Shown here: piece after piece, positions 38,560 through 48,257 of the stretch | Numbering within the stretch: the stretch's first letter is position 1 | Layout of the letters: the number at the start of each line of letters is the position of its first letter | Assembly: GCA_910585345.1 (NCBI GenBank) | Contig: CAJUDS010000006.1 | Location: forward strand, 57,315 to 121,314 | Length of the DNA stretch: 64,000 nucleotides | Origin: an uncultured Lachnospiraceae bacterium | GTDB taxonomy: Bacteria > Bacillota > Clostridia > Lachnospirales > Lachnospiraceae | Direction: 5' to 3' | Translations under genes and position numbers: made by a program | Notes under the pieces: generated by a model | Told to the model about the DNA's origin: nothing | The model's database searches: none | The model's input: only the letters and a program-made list of their open reading frames with translations

Positions 38560-39666
38560 ATGTTAAAATCGGCAAATCATTTCCACGGCAGCGACCTGGA
38601 AAAAATACAGCGTCTTTACGGTATGAAAAAAGAAGAAATCGTCAGCTTCAGCGCGAATGTAAACCCGCTCGGACTTTCACAAAATTTCCTGCGGGAACTG
38701 GCCGGCCGCCTGGATGTCATTGCCGCCTATCCTGACAGAGAATACGGAGCGCTTCGTCAGGCTGCCGCAGACTACTGCGGCGTCCAAAAGGAACATATCA
38801 TAGTGGGAAACGGCTCAACGGAACTGATTTCCCTCATCATTCGGCATAAAAAACCAGGGCAGGCCGTAATATTAGGCCCTACTTACTCGGAATATGAACG
38901 GGAGGTTACACTGGCAGGCGGGCGCTGCCGTTATTTTCCTCTGCGGGAAACAGATGATTTCATTCTGGACGAAGAAGCGCTTCTGCAGCTGCTGCCAAAC
39001 GGCGCGGATATGTTAATCCTCTGCAATCCCAATAATCCCACCTCTTCCGTCGTTCCATCCGGCCGGATGCGCCGTATTCTGAATGTTTGTAAACGCCATA
39101 ATATTCTGGTAATGGTCGATGAAACTTACGTAGAATTCGTCCGCGACTATGATAGGGTGACCTGCGTTCCTCTGACGCAGGACTTTGACAACCTTGTCGT
39201 TCTTCGCGGCGTTTCCAAGTTTTTCGCCGCTCCCGGTCTGCGTCTCGGCTACGCCGTCACCGGCGCTGCGGAGCTGGCCTGCGCCGTGGCGGAAAAACAA
39301 AATCCATGGACTGTCAGCAGCGTCGCCGACGCCGCCGGACAATTGTTATGGAAAGACCAGACATTTATCCAACAGACAAGGACGTTAATCAATGCCGAGC
39401 GGGAACGTATCTGTCAGGTGCTTTCACAGACAGAAGGGATCAAAATCTATCCCCCGCACGCCAATTTCATTCTCGTGCGGCTGCTAAAGGAAAACCAAAC
39501 CGCAGACGGCTTGTTTGACCTGGCAGTCCGCCGCGGTATGATGATACGCAGCTGCTCCTCCTTTCCTTTTCTGGATCATACCTATTTCCGGTTCTGTTTT
39601 ATGCTTCCGGCCGATAATGACAGGCTCCTCGCCTGTATTCGGGAATTTACCGGCCAAACGCCTTAG
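38560..39666 (+). CDS. PLP-dependent class I/II aminotransferase (CobD/HisC-like)
   Basis: HG..FSANVNPLG, GNGSTELI, CNPNNPT, DETY, SKFFAAPGLRLGY. Confidence 0.9.
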   Translation: MLKSANHFHGSDLEKIQRLYGMKKEEIVSFSANVNPLGLSQNFLRELAGRLDVIAAYPDREYGALRQAAADYCGVQKEHIIVGNGSTELISLIIRHKKPGQAVILGPTYSEYEREVTLAGGRCRYFPLRETDDFILDEEALLQLLPNGADMLILCNPNNPTSSVVPSGRMRRILNVCKRHNILVMVDETYVEFVRDYDRVTCVPLTQDFDNLVVLRGVSKFFAAPGLRLGYAVTGAAELACAVAEKQNPWTVSSVADAAGQLLWKDQTFIQQTRTLINAERERICQVLSQTEGIKIYPPHANFILVRLLKENQTADGLFDLAVRRGMMIRSCSSFPFLDHTYFRFCFMLPADNDRLLACIREFTGQTP

Positions 39667-39737
39667 CAGACGGTTATTTCCCGCAATTTGTAACGTGCGA
39701 TATGTAACATATGTTTTTAGAGAGATTTCAGTTTTTA

Positions 39738-39789
39738 TTGACATCTCTCTTTTTTTCATGTATGATTGTATTATATTAATAATACAATC
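39738..39789 (+). promoter_or_regulatory. sigmaA promoter with YtrA-type GntR operator
   Basis: TTGACA-N17-TATGAT (39738-39766); perfect inverted repeat GATTGTATTA-N6-TAATACAATC (39764-39789). Confidence 0.85.
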
Positions 39790-39835
39790 GTGTAATTACC
39801 GCACCGGTGACAACAGGAAAGAAAGGAGGATGGAA

Positions 39836-40201
39836 ATGGCATGGAAACTGGACTCAGACAGACCGCTCTATTCTCAGCTTCTGGAGCAGATACAGATGCA
39901 GATCGTCTCCGGGAAATATCCTCCCGGCAGCAAGCTGCCCAGCGTCAGGGAGCTGGCCGCCGAGGCAGGCGTTAACCCCAATACGATGCAGAAAGCATTT
40001 GCCGAGCTAGAACGGGAACACCTGATACAAACCCAGCGGACTGCAGGACGTTTTGTCACGGAAGATGTGCTCCTGATCAGGCAGGTCAGGCACAGCCTTG
40101 CAAAAGAACAGCTTACTGTCTTCTTTCAGAAAATGCAGCGGCTGGGATACCAAACAAACGACATTCTGTCTCTTCTGAAGACAGGATATGAGGAGGAGTA
40201 A
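39836..40201 (+). CDS. GntR (YtrA subfamily) transcriptional regulator
   Basis: PLYSQL, LPSVRELA..VNPNTMQKA; precedes an ABC exporter. Confidence 0.93.
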   Translation: MAWKLDSDRPLYSQLLEQIQMQIVSGKYPPGSKLPSVRELAAEAGVNPNTMQKAFAELEREHLIQTQRTAGRFVTEDVLLIRQVRHSLAKEQLTVFFQKMQRLGYQTNDILSLLKTGYEEE

Positions 40202-40202
40202 C

Positions 40203-40907
40203 ATGAGTTATTTAATTGAAGCCAACGGTTTGACCAAACAATATGACAGAAAAAAACCGCCTGCTCTGAACGCTTTGACACTGACCATTCCCGGCGGACG
40301 CATCATCGGTCTCTTAGGTCCCAACGGCAGCGGCAAAACCACCCTGATTAAATTGATCAACGGTCTTCTGGTTCCTACTTCGGGCACCATAACCGTCAAC
40401 GGACAGGCGCCCGGCACTGCCAGCAAAGCAGTCATCTCCTATCTGCCCGAACGGACCTGCCTGCAAAGTTCCATGAAAGTGCAGGAGCTGGTAAATTTTT
40501 TTGCGGATTTCTATGCGGATTTTTCAAAAGAAAAAGCGTATCATATGCTCGCCTCCCTGCATATCGATCCCACATCGAGATTGAAAACGCTCTCAAAAGG
40601 CACACGGGAAAAAGTCCAGCTTATCCTCGTCATGAGCCGGAATGCCCAGCTCTATATTCTTGACGAACCGATTGCCGGCGTCGATCCCGCCGCCAGAGAC
40701 TATATCTTAAAAACGATTATTGCCAACTACAATGAAAACGCCACGCTCCTGATCTCCACACACCTGATCTCTGACATAGAAAATATACTGGACGATGTCA
40801 TTTTTATCCGTGACGGCAGCGTGCTCCTGTACGCTCCCGCCGAACGGATCCGTGAAGAAAAAGGGAAATCGTTAGACGCTTATTTCAGGGAGGTGTTTAC
40901 ATGCTGA
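40203..40907 (+). CDS. ABC exporter ATP-binding protein
   Basis: GPNGSGKTT, LSKG, LDEP. Confidence 0.93.
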   Translation: MSYLIEANGLTKQYDRKKPPALNALTLTIPGGRIIGLLGPNGSGKTTLIKLINGLLVPTSGTITVNGQAPGTASKAVISYLPERTCLQSSMKVQELVNFFADFYADFSKEKAYHMLASLHIDPTSRLKTLSKGTREKVQLILVMSRNAQLYILDEPIAGVDPAARDYILKTIIANYNENATLLISTHLISDIENILDDVIFIRDGSVLLYAPAERIREEKGKSLDAYFREVFTC

Positions 40908-41725
40908 AAAATTTAATCAAATACGAATGGAAATCCGTCTGGAAAATTTTGATCGTGATCAACGCGTTTACCATCTTCGCCACACTTGCAGGCATGTTCG
41001 CCATGTATGCCCTTGTTTCCGACGCAACTTTCATCAGTGATATGTCTTCCGTCGTAATTGTGCTGCTTTTTTTGTTTTATTACCTGACCATCATCGGCGT
41101 TTCCTTCAGTATGTCCATTTATATCGGGATTCGCTTCTACCGCAGCCTGTATACGGACGAGGGCTATTTGATGCACACTCTGCCCGTGACAAAGCGGCAG
41201 CTCGTCATCTCCCGCCTGCTTGTCCACACATGTTGTATGATGATTACGGGAATGTTTGTCATGCTGAGCATCGTAATGCTTTTTTTGCCACTGTTGTCAG
41301 AAATATTTGCAACTTCTACCTTTTCCGCATCTTCTGTAATAACGGAACTGATCAGAAACAGTATGGATGCCTTCGGCATCCATACGATGGCAGCCGTCAT
41401 TCTGATATGGACCGTGGCCGGCGTGATCGGACAGGTCAGCGGGATTCTCGCGATCTACTGCGCCGTATCGCTAGGACAGACATTCCAGAAGCATAAAGTC
41501 ATGGCCTCCATCCTCTGCTACATTGGCATCTACTTTTTACTGCAGACTATAAACAGCATACTGATGATGCCGCAGATGGTCCTTTATATGGGTGACAAAG
41601 AGCTCAATATGGCGTCCTACCTCAACGGCACGCTTCTAACGACAAGTATCGTCAGCCTCTTCACCGGTATTGCGTTCTACTTGATTACACTATACATTAT
41701 GAATAAAAAACTGAATCTTGACTGA
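40901..41725 (+). CDS. ABC exporter permease
   Basis: About 6 TM helices; EGYLMHTLPV motif; KKLNLD end. Confidence 0.85.
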   Translation: MLKNLIKYEWKSVWKILIVINAFTIFATLAGMFAMYALVSDATFISDMSSVVIVLLFLFYYLTIIGVSFSMSIYIGIRFYRSLYTDEGYLMHTLPVTKRQLVISRLLVHTCCMMITGMFVMLSIVMLFLPLLSEIFATSTFSASSVITELIRNSMDAFGIHTMAAVILIWTVAGVIGQVSGILAIYCAVSLGQTFQKHKVMASILCYIGIYFLLQTINSILMMPQMVLYMGDKELNMASYLNGTLLTTSIVSLFTGIAFYLITLYIMNKKLNLD

Positions 41726-41780
41726 CGATCCAATCTGCGGTCCGGTTATAGTCTGCCTCTGCCGCAGGTAATAACACGCC

Positions 41781-41809
41781 GCACAACTCAAATACCTCTG
41801 CATACAATA
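41781..41809 (+). promoter_or_regulatory. Probable sigmaK (mother-cell) promoter
   Basis: GCAC-N16-CATACAATA matches AC-N16-CATAnnnTA, upstream of sleC. Confidence 0.6.
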
Positions 41810-41832
41810 ACAAAAAACGCAGAGGTATTTTT

Positions 41833-43107
41833 ATGCCCAAATCCTATCTGACAAGCGCCCAACAGACCCAGGGGCCAACGGCCTCCGAAGGCGGCCTGCA
41901 AATTTCCGTACTTTCCACCATGGGGCTCATTCCCATCCCCAACGCTACCGTTACCATATCCTATACCGGAGACCCACAGTCTCCGCTGATGACGCTGACC
42001 ACAGACGAAAGCGGACAAACGCCTGCCATTATGCTGCCGGCCCCTGACATAGAATACAGTCTGGAACCGGAACAAATCGTCCAGCCCTACTCGGAATACA
42101 ATATTGAAGTCACTGCGCAGGGGTATGAACCGGTGCTTGTATCCGGCACAGAAATCCTTCCCAATGTCACCGCCCTGCAGCCGATCCGCATGACTCCTGT
42201 GGAGGCCAACCAGAACGAAGAAGAAATCAATATTCCAGTACACACCCTGTTCGGCGAATACCCTCCCAAAATACCGGAGGATGAAATCAAACCTATGGAC
42301 GAATCAGGAGAAATCGTCCTCAGCCGGGTCGTTATTCCGGAATATGTCATCGTCCATGACGGCGTACCTTCCGACCCTACGGCGCAAAACTACTATGTCC
42401 GCTATAAGGATTATATTAAAAATGTCGCTTCCTGTGAAATCTATGCCACATGGCCGGAAGAAGCCATTTACGCCAATATCCTTGTGATCATGTCCTTCAC
42501 CCTCAACCGGGTGTATACGGAATGGTACCGGAATCAAGGTTATGATTTTACAATTACCTCATCCACCGCCTATGATCAGAAGTGGATCCATGGCAGAAAT
42601 ATTTTTGAAAATATTGATGTGCTTGTCGACAATGTTTTTGCCAATTATCTGTCCAGACCCGGAGTCAGACAGCCCATTTTCACTTCTTACTGCGACGGAA
42701 AACGCGTCACCTGCTCCGGCTTAAGCCAATGGGGCTCCAAATATCTGGGCGACGAAGGATATTCTCCCATTGAAATCATACGGTATTATTATGGCAATGA
42801 TATGTACATCAACACTGCAGATGAAATTGCGGGCGTACCTTCTTCCTGGCCCGGTTACAACTTAACGATCGGTTCCACCGGGCAAAAGGTACAACAGGCA
42901 CAGGAGCAGCTTAACCGAATTGCCAGAAACTATCCGGCCATCCCTGTTATTGCCGCCGACGGCATCTACGGACAGCGGACGGCAGACGCCGTGCGGACTT
43001 TCCAGCGTATCTTCGATCTCCCGCAGACGGGCGTAATCGATTATGCTACCTGGTATGAGATTTCCGATATTTACGTCGGCGTCAGTAAAATCTCAGAACC
43101 CGCCTAG
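41833..43107 (+). CDS. sleC: Spore cortex-lytic enzyme SleC-like (pro-region, SpoIID-like domain, PG-binding domain)
   Basis: IPEYVIVHDG, YIKNVASCEIYATWP, SFTLNRVYTEWY, SQWGS, DGIYG..T..AV..FQ. Confidence 0.88.
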   Translation: MPKSYLTSAQQTQGPTASEGGLQISVLSTMGLIPIPNATVTISYTGDPQSPLMTLTTDESGQTPAIMLPAPDIEYSLEPEQIVQPYSEYNIEVTAQGYEPVLVSGTEILPNVTALQPIRMTPVEANQNEEEINIPVHTLFGEYPPKIPEDEIKPMDESGEIVLSRVVIPEYVIVHDGVPSDPTAQNYYVRYKDYIKNVASCEIYATWPEEAIYANILVIMSFTLNRVYTEWYRNQGYDFTITSSTAYDQKWIHGRNIFENIDVLVDNVFANYLSRPGVRQPIFTSYCDGKRVTCSGLSQWGSKYLGDEGYSPIEIIRYYYGNDMYINTADEIAGVPSSWPGYNLTIGSTGQKVQQAQEQLNRIARNYPAIPVIAADGIYGQRTADAVRTFQRIFDLPQTGVIDYATWYEISDIYVGVSKISEPA

Positions 43108-43207
43108 TACACTGACCTCTTCATCCCGTAAACCTGCTGCGAGTCAAACGCTTGACGTTTGCCGCAACAATCGACAGGCGAATGTACGGCAAAACAGCCG
43201 CGGGCAA

Positions 43208-44398
43208 TCAGCGTTTCTCCTGACGGCGGCTTTTTTGAAGCTGAAAAAGCATTTTTTCATGCATAAACACCATTACCGCCAGTATGACAAACAAATACAA
43301 CGGAAAAAGTGAAACGCTTACATGATTGGCAAGCAGCCCAAATATGGGAGGCATAAGGCAGGTTCCGGCATAGGCGGAGGCCATCTGTACACCTATCATT
43401 GCCTGTGATCTGTCCTTTCCGAAATTCTCCGGTGTGGCGTGTATGATAGACGGATAAATCGGCGCACAGCCAATGCCGGTTAGAATCAGACCTACAGCGG
43501 CGGCTGTTTTACCGAACGGCAAAAATAGCACGATTACTCCAATAAAAATAAACACCTGTCCCAGCCGTATCATCTGCGTATCATTCAGTTTGAATGTCAA
43601 AAAGCCGCTGCCAAATCTTCCGGCAGTAATCCCGATAAAAAACATACTGGCAAAACCCGCGGCGGTTTCAGCAGACAACCCATGGTGCAGCACAAGGTAA
43701 CTGCTCGCCCACAAATTTGCAGTCTGCTCAACGGCACAATAACAGAAAAACGCTGCAAATACTTCTTTTGCACCCGGTATGTGCATGATTTCCCGAAAAG
43801 AAAGGGCCTTCGGCGGATACGCCGCATCTGTTTTCTTTTCCTGCCCGCCGGAACGCTCTTTCCAGAGAGGCAGGCTGCAAAACAGCAGGATCGTCAGCAT
43901 CATCTGCAGAGCCGCAATATAACGGTAGCCCCTGTTCCAGCTCTCGCCGCCGGTCAACGCGTACCCCATAATGTAAGGTCCAAGGGAAGCGCCTATTCCC
44001 CACATACAATGCAGCCAGCTCATGTGCCGGCTCGCATAATGAAGCGCAACATAATTGTTCAGTGAAGCATCCACGCTTCCTGCTCCCAGACCATAAGGAA
44101 TCGCCCATAAACACAACACACCATAAGAATGGGTGACTGAAAAGCCAAACAATGCGGCTGCCGTCATAAGAACACTGACCGCCGTAACCGTTCCCGTGCC
44201 CAGCTTTCTTGTCAAACGGTCACTTTGCAGACTGGAAACAATAGTGCCAAGTGCGATGATCATAAAAACAGGGCCGGAGTAAGAAACGGGAACGGAAAAT
44301 TCCCTGTACATGGACGGCCATGCCGACCCCAATAGGGAATCCGGAAGCCCCAGGCTGATAAAAGCCAGATAAATAATGGCTAACAACAATTGAAACAT
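43208..44398 (-). CDS. MFS transporter
   Basis: About 12 TM helices; LGLPDSLLGSAWP; promoter TTGCTT-N17-TATTCT upstream. Confidence 0.9.
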   Translation of the reverse strand: MFQLLLAIIYLAFISLGLPDSLLGSAWPSMYREFSVPVSYSGPVFMIIALGTIVSSLQSDRLTRKLGTGTVTAVSVLMTAAALFGFSVTHSYGVLCLWAIPYGLGAGSVDASLNNYVALHYASRHMSWLHCMWGIGASLGPYIMGYALTGGESWNRGYRYIAALQMMLTILLFCSLPLWKERSGGQEKKTDAAYPPKALSFREIMHIPGAKEVFAAFFCYCAVEQTANLWASSYLVLHHGLSAETAAGFASMFFIGITAGRFGSGFLTFKLNDTQMIRLGQVFIFIGVIVLFLPFGKTAAAVGLILTGIGCAPIYPSIIHATPENFGKDRSQAMIGVQMASAYAGTCLMPPIFGLLANHVSVSLFPLYLFVILAVMVFMHEKMLFQLQKSRRQEKR

Positions 44399-44589
44399 AT
44401 GTACTTCCTCCTGTTATTCATTTTTCGATGAAAAGAATAGCAGGAGGCCATCGCCGAAGCAAGACATTTTCAGACCAGTACTATAACAAAACCGACTTTT
44501 TAAAAATAAACTGTACGAAACTTTAGGAAATATCCACATAACATGCTATAATGAACAGGCATACATTTTTAATTACTAGGAGGTATTTT

Positions 44590-45225
44590 ATGACGCCAAA
44601 AGAAGAAGCATTTGCCACTCTGGCCGTAGGAATCATTAAAAATCTGGAAATACGTGGAATGGAAGGTTACTATTTTGACAACAGCAAATTACTTTGCAAT
44701 TATCTGAAGGAGACGCTTCCTGAGGAAGCTGTCATCTCCTGGGGAGGCAGCGAATCCGTAAAGGAAAGCGGGGTGATGGAACTGTTAAAGACAGGGAATT
44801 ATGCTCTGATTGACCGTGCGGATGCCAGAACGGCAGAAGAAGCCCGCGAAATTTACAGCCGTACTGTCATGGCTGATTACTATTTTATGAGCGCCAACGC
44901 CATCACTATGGACGGAGAACTGATCAATATCGACGGAAACGGAAACCGCATCGCCTGTCTTGCCCAGGGCCCTTCCCATGTATGTCTCATCGTTGGCAGA
45001 AATAAAGTCGCCGTGTCACTGGAAGACGCTGTTCTGCGTTCCCGCAATATCGCCGCACCAGCCAACGTAAAACGACTGCATAAACAGACGCCCTGTCAGA
45101 CAACCGGCCGCTGCGGCAACTGTTTCTCATCGGACTGTATCTGCAGCCATCTGGTCATCACACGTCATTCCTCCCACAAAGGCCGTATACAGGTCTATCT
45201 TGTAAACGAAGATCTGGGATATTAA
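44590..45225 (+). CDS. LUD-domain (lactate utilization) protein
   Basis: WGGS, SANAIT.DGELINIDGNGNR, GRNK, PC..TGRC..C....CIC. Confidence 0.85.
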   Translation: MTPKEEAFATLAVGIIKNLEIRGMEGYYFDNSKLLCNYLKETLPEEAVISWGGSESVKESGVMELLKTGNYALIDRADARTAEEAREIYSRTVMADYYFMSANAITMDGELINIDGNGNRIACLAQGPSHVCLIVGRNKVAVSLEDAVLRSRNIAAPANVKRLHKQTPCQTTGRCGNCFSSDCICSHLVITRHSSHKGRIQVYLVNEDLGY

Positions 45226-45258
45226 AGGAATCGCCTTTTGCCGGGCAGCGCAGTTTCG

Positions 45259-46077
45259 TTAGTCTGTGCTGTCCGACAGAAATCCGCGCAGCGTTTCCAG
45301 CACGTTGTCACAGATATAATCCGCTTCCGCTCTGACATGCTCCCTCCCGGTTGCCATAGAATACGATATGCCGCACTCCCGGAACATGGCAATATCATTT
45401 TCACTGTCTCCAAAGCAGAGCGACTCTGCCAGCAGAAATCCCTCCGACTCTGCCAGCCTGCGCAGCGCGTTGCCTTTGTTCACGCCTGCCATTGTGAAAT
45501 CAAGCCAGCCATTGCCGCTGTCCGTCACCTGCAGCCTGTCATCGTACTTTTCATGAAACCAGCTTTCCCAATTTGCTGCGATCCCCTGCTGCCACCAGAT
45601 CGAAATTTTGTTTATCCTTCCTGCAATTTCCTGATAATCATCCACCACATGCACCGCCGGTTTCAACGTCGCATTCATTAGCCTGATAAAATCCGTCCTT
45701 GATGCCAGTGTATACAACTCCCGCTCGCTGGAAACAATATTTTCCGTTCCCGGCACTGCGGATAAGTCCGCAAGCAGTTCAAAGCACAATTCCCGTGGAA
45801 TGGATTTTGCATAAACCGTCTTGTCATTTTTCACAATCAGACTTCCGTTCTCACAGATAAAAGGAATCTCATCCGCAATCGGCTCAAACAAAAGGCGCAT
45901 ATTTTTATACTGTCTTCCGCTCGCCGCTACAAAGGAAACACCTCTTTCCTTTAGCTGCCGGATCAGCCCAAATGCCGCCGGATCCAGCTTCTGTCCCTGT
46001 CCCAGCAATGTACCGTCCAAATCACTGAAAATCGTCGTTATCTTTTTTCCATGTATCTGCATCACATTCTCCCGCAT
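45259..46077 (-). CDS. Cof-type HAD-IIB hydrolase
   Basis: DLDGTLL, ASGR, ENG, NKG, FGDSENDIAM. Confidence 0.93.
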   Translation of the reverse strand: MRENVMQIHGKKITTIFSDLDGTLLGQGQKLDPAAFGLIRQLKERGVSFVAASGRQYKNMRLLFEPIADEIPFICENGSLIVKNDKTVYAKSIPRELCFELLADLSAVPGTENIVSSERELYTLASRTDFIRLMNATLKPAVHVVDDYQEIAGRINKISIWWQQGIAANWESWFHEKYDDRLQVTDSGNGWLDFTMAGVNKGNALRRLAESEGFLLAESLCFGDSENDIAMFRECGISYSMATGREHVRAEADYICDNVLETLRGFLSDSTD

Positions 46078-46227
46078 ATTTCTCTGCCTGACAGAGCGCC
46101 TGCTTTTACCGCATCCGTCTGTCTTTTCTCTGCATGAAGCATCGTAACATATCTAATCTTAATTTGCAAACAGAACAAAAAATCCTGAAAACCAAACAAT
46201 CTCTCTGCGTTTCCAGGACTTTTGCAA

Positions 46228-46298
46228 CAGGGGAAGAGGGAATCGAACCCCCGTTAACGGTTTTGGAGACCGCCGCACTACCGCTGTACTATTCCCCT
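46228..46298 (-). tRNA. tRNA-Trp(CCA)
   Basis: AGGGGAA/TTCCCCT acceptor stem, GCGGT-CTCCAAA-ACCGT anticodon arm, GGTTCGATT; promoter TTGCTA-N17-TATAAT at 46323-46351. Confidence 0.97.
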
Positions 46299-46366
46299 AT
46301 TTCTATTTTCTCACCGAAGATGATTATAGCACACTCTTGTACCGTTAGCAAGCAGTTTTTGTCAAT

Positions 46367-47755
46367 CTACATCATCCGTATCGCTTCCTGTACGCTGGAA
46401 ACCCCCTGCAGGGCAATGCCATCCGGCATATTTCCCGATGCACGAATCGTTTCTTCCGCAGACTTCGGCAGAATACAGGCCGTAAACCCCAGTTTAGCCG
46501 CCTCTGCAATACGCTGCTCCGCCATGCTGACAGCACGCACCTCCCCGCTGAGTCCAATCTCGCCAAACACAATTGTCCTTTCATCCACCGGTTTATTTTG
46601 AAAACTGGACACGACTGCCAGCGCAATGCCAAGATCAAGAGCAGGCTCCAGCATACGGATACCGCCCGCAATATTCACATAAGCGTCGCAGTTTGACAAT
46701 GGCAGTCCCACCCGCTTCTCAAGTACAGCCATCAGCAAATTCACTCTGTTAAAATCCGTACCGGTAGCCTGCCGTTTCGGGATCCCAAAACTCGTCCTGC
46801 ATACAAGCGCCTGGATTTCCAGCAGGATCGGCCTGGTACCTTCCATGGAACAGACAACTACAGACCCGCTTGCGTTCCGCGGTCTGCCGCTTAACATAAA
46901 TTCCGATGCATTTGCTACCTCTACAAGCCCGCTCTGCCGCATCTCAAATACGCCGATCTCATTGGTAGATCCAAAACGATTCTTCACGCCCCGTAGAATG
47001 CGGTAGGAAGCATGTCTGTCTCCCTCAAAATAAAGCACCGTATCCACCATATGTTCCAGTACTCTGGGGCCTGCCACCGTGCCCTCCTTTGTCACATGTC
47101 CCACAATAAAAACAGGAATCCCCATATCCTTAGCCAGTCTGAGCAGAATGCCCGTCGCTTCCCTGACCTGCGACACACTGCCGGGTGCCGCAGACACTTC
47201 ATCATGGTACATCGTCTGGATAGAATCAATCACCACTGCCTCCGGCCTGCACTTGGTAATGGTTTCCTCAATGCTGCTTAGATTTGTCTCACACAACAGC
47301 AACAGATGATCCGTAAAATCACCTATGCGCATAGCGCGCAGCTTAATTTGTTTCAAAGACTCTTCCCCTGAAATATAAAGTACCTTTCTGCCGTCATCCG
47401 ACAGGTATCTGCATACCTGCAGCAGCAGGGTAGACTTCCCAATCCCCGGATCGCCGCCCACAAGAATCAATGATCCAGGCACAATGCCGCCGCCCAGAAC
47501 CCTGTCCAGCTCTTGTATATGCGTATGCATCCGTTCTTCTTCCCCCATCACAATAGAGGACAGTGAAGAAGGCTCCTGTTTCTCCTTAGAAGCCTTCATT
47601 TTCACATTGCCGCCCATGCCTTTGGAAGATGTCCGGACACTCTCCTGCACGAATGTATTCCATTGTCTGCAGCCAGGACACTGCCCCATCCATTTCGTGG
47701 ATTCGTACCCACAGTCCTGGCAGAAAAAAACCGTAGCCGTTTTACTCTTTCCCAT
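46367..47755 (-). CDS. radA: DNA repair protein RadA/Sms
   Basis: CQDC..CPGC, GDPGIGKST, KNRFG. Confidence 0.98.
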   Translation of the reverse strand: MGKSKTATVFFCQDCGYESTKWMGQCPGCRQWNTFVQESVRTSSKGMGGNVKMKASKEKQEPSSLSSIVMGEEERMHTHIQELDRVLGGGIVPGSLILVGGDPGIGKSTLLLQVCRYLSDDGRKVLYISGEESLKQIKLRAMRIGDFTDHLLLLCETNLSSIEETITKCRPEAVVIDSIQTMYHDEVSAAPGSVSQVREATGILLRLAKDMGIPVFIVGHVTKEGTVAGPRVLEHMVDTVLYFEGDRHASYRILRGVKNRFGSTNEIGVFEMRQSGLVEVANASEFMLSGRPRNASGSVVVCSMEGTRPILLEIQALVCRTSFGIPKRQATGTDFNRVNLLMAVLEKRVGLPLSNCDAYVNIAGGIRMLEPALDLGIALAVVSSFQNKPVDERTIVFGEIGLSGEVRAVSMAEQRIAEAAKLGFTACILPKSAEETIRASGNMPDGIALQGVSSVQEAIRMM

Positions 47756-47813
47756 TCCCTGCTTCCTTTGGCAACCGTTTTGCTGCCATACATGGTTTCT
47801 GCTGTCGCTTTGC

Positions 47814-48224
47814 TTATTTGCGTATCTCGATTGCTATCTCTCCTGCATCTTTCAGTTCCACGCTGATACTCAATTTCCCACCCAGATTGGTACGCATCTT
47901 ACCGATGCTTTCACCGCCTACAAATACCTCGTATTCTGTTTCATCCTCCAGGCCTATGGTAAGCTGCGCGTCTTCCCTTCCTTCCACGTGAAATGTAACG
48001 CCCTGCGCGCTTTCCATAAAATGCGTTACGCTCGTGCCCGGTACGGATTCGTATACAAACATCCCATTTTTTTCCAGCTTTGTCATCGTTGCATAGGTTT
48101 TTACCTTATACAAATCACCACCATGTTCAAAGTCCTCTTTTTTGGCCTTCTGCGTCAGGACATGGTTTCCGAAGCGCAGGCTCCCGTCGCCTTCCGTCTG
48201 AATCAATTCTTCTACTACTGCCAT
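47814..48224 (-). CDS. Conserved hypothetical beta-rich protein
   Basis: AGGAGG RBS; sits between clpC and radA on the same strand. Confidence 0.8.
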   Translation of the reverse strand: MAVVEELIQTEGDGSLRFGNHVLTQKAKKEDFEHGGDLYKVKTYATMTKLEKNGMFVYESVPGTSVTHFMESAQGVTFHVEGREDAQLTIGLEDETEYEVFVGGESIGKMRTNLGGKLSISVELKDAGEIAIEIRK

Positions 48225-48257
48225 CTTTGTCTCCTCCTGTGCCTTCGTATTTTGAAA

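Noticed and set aside
44408..44446. Hairpin that seems to sequester the MFS ribosome-binding site
   Set aside because: Its distal arm overlaps the predicted -10 (TTGCTT-N17-TATTCT), so most of it would not be transcribed.
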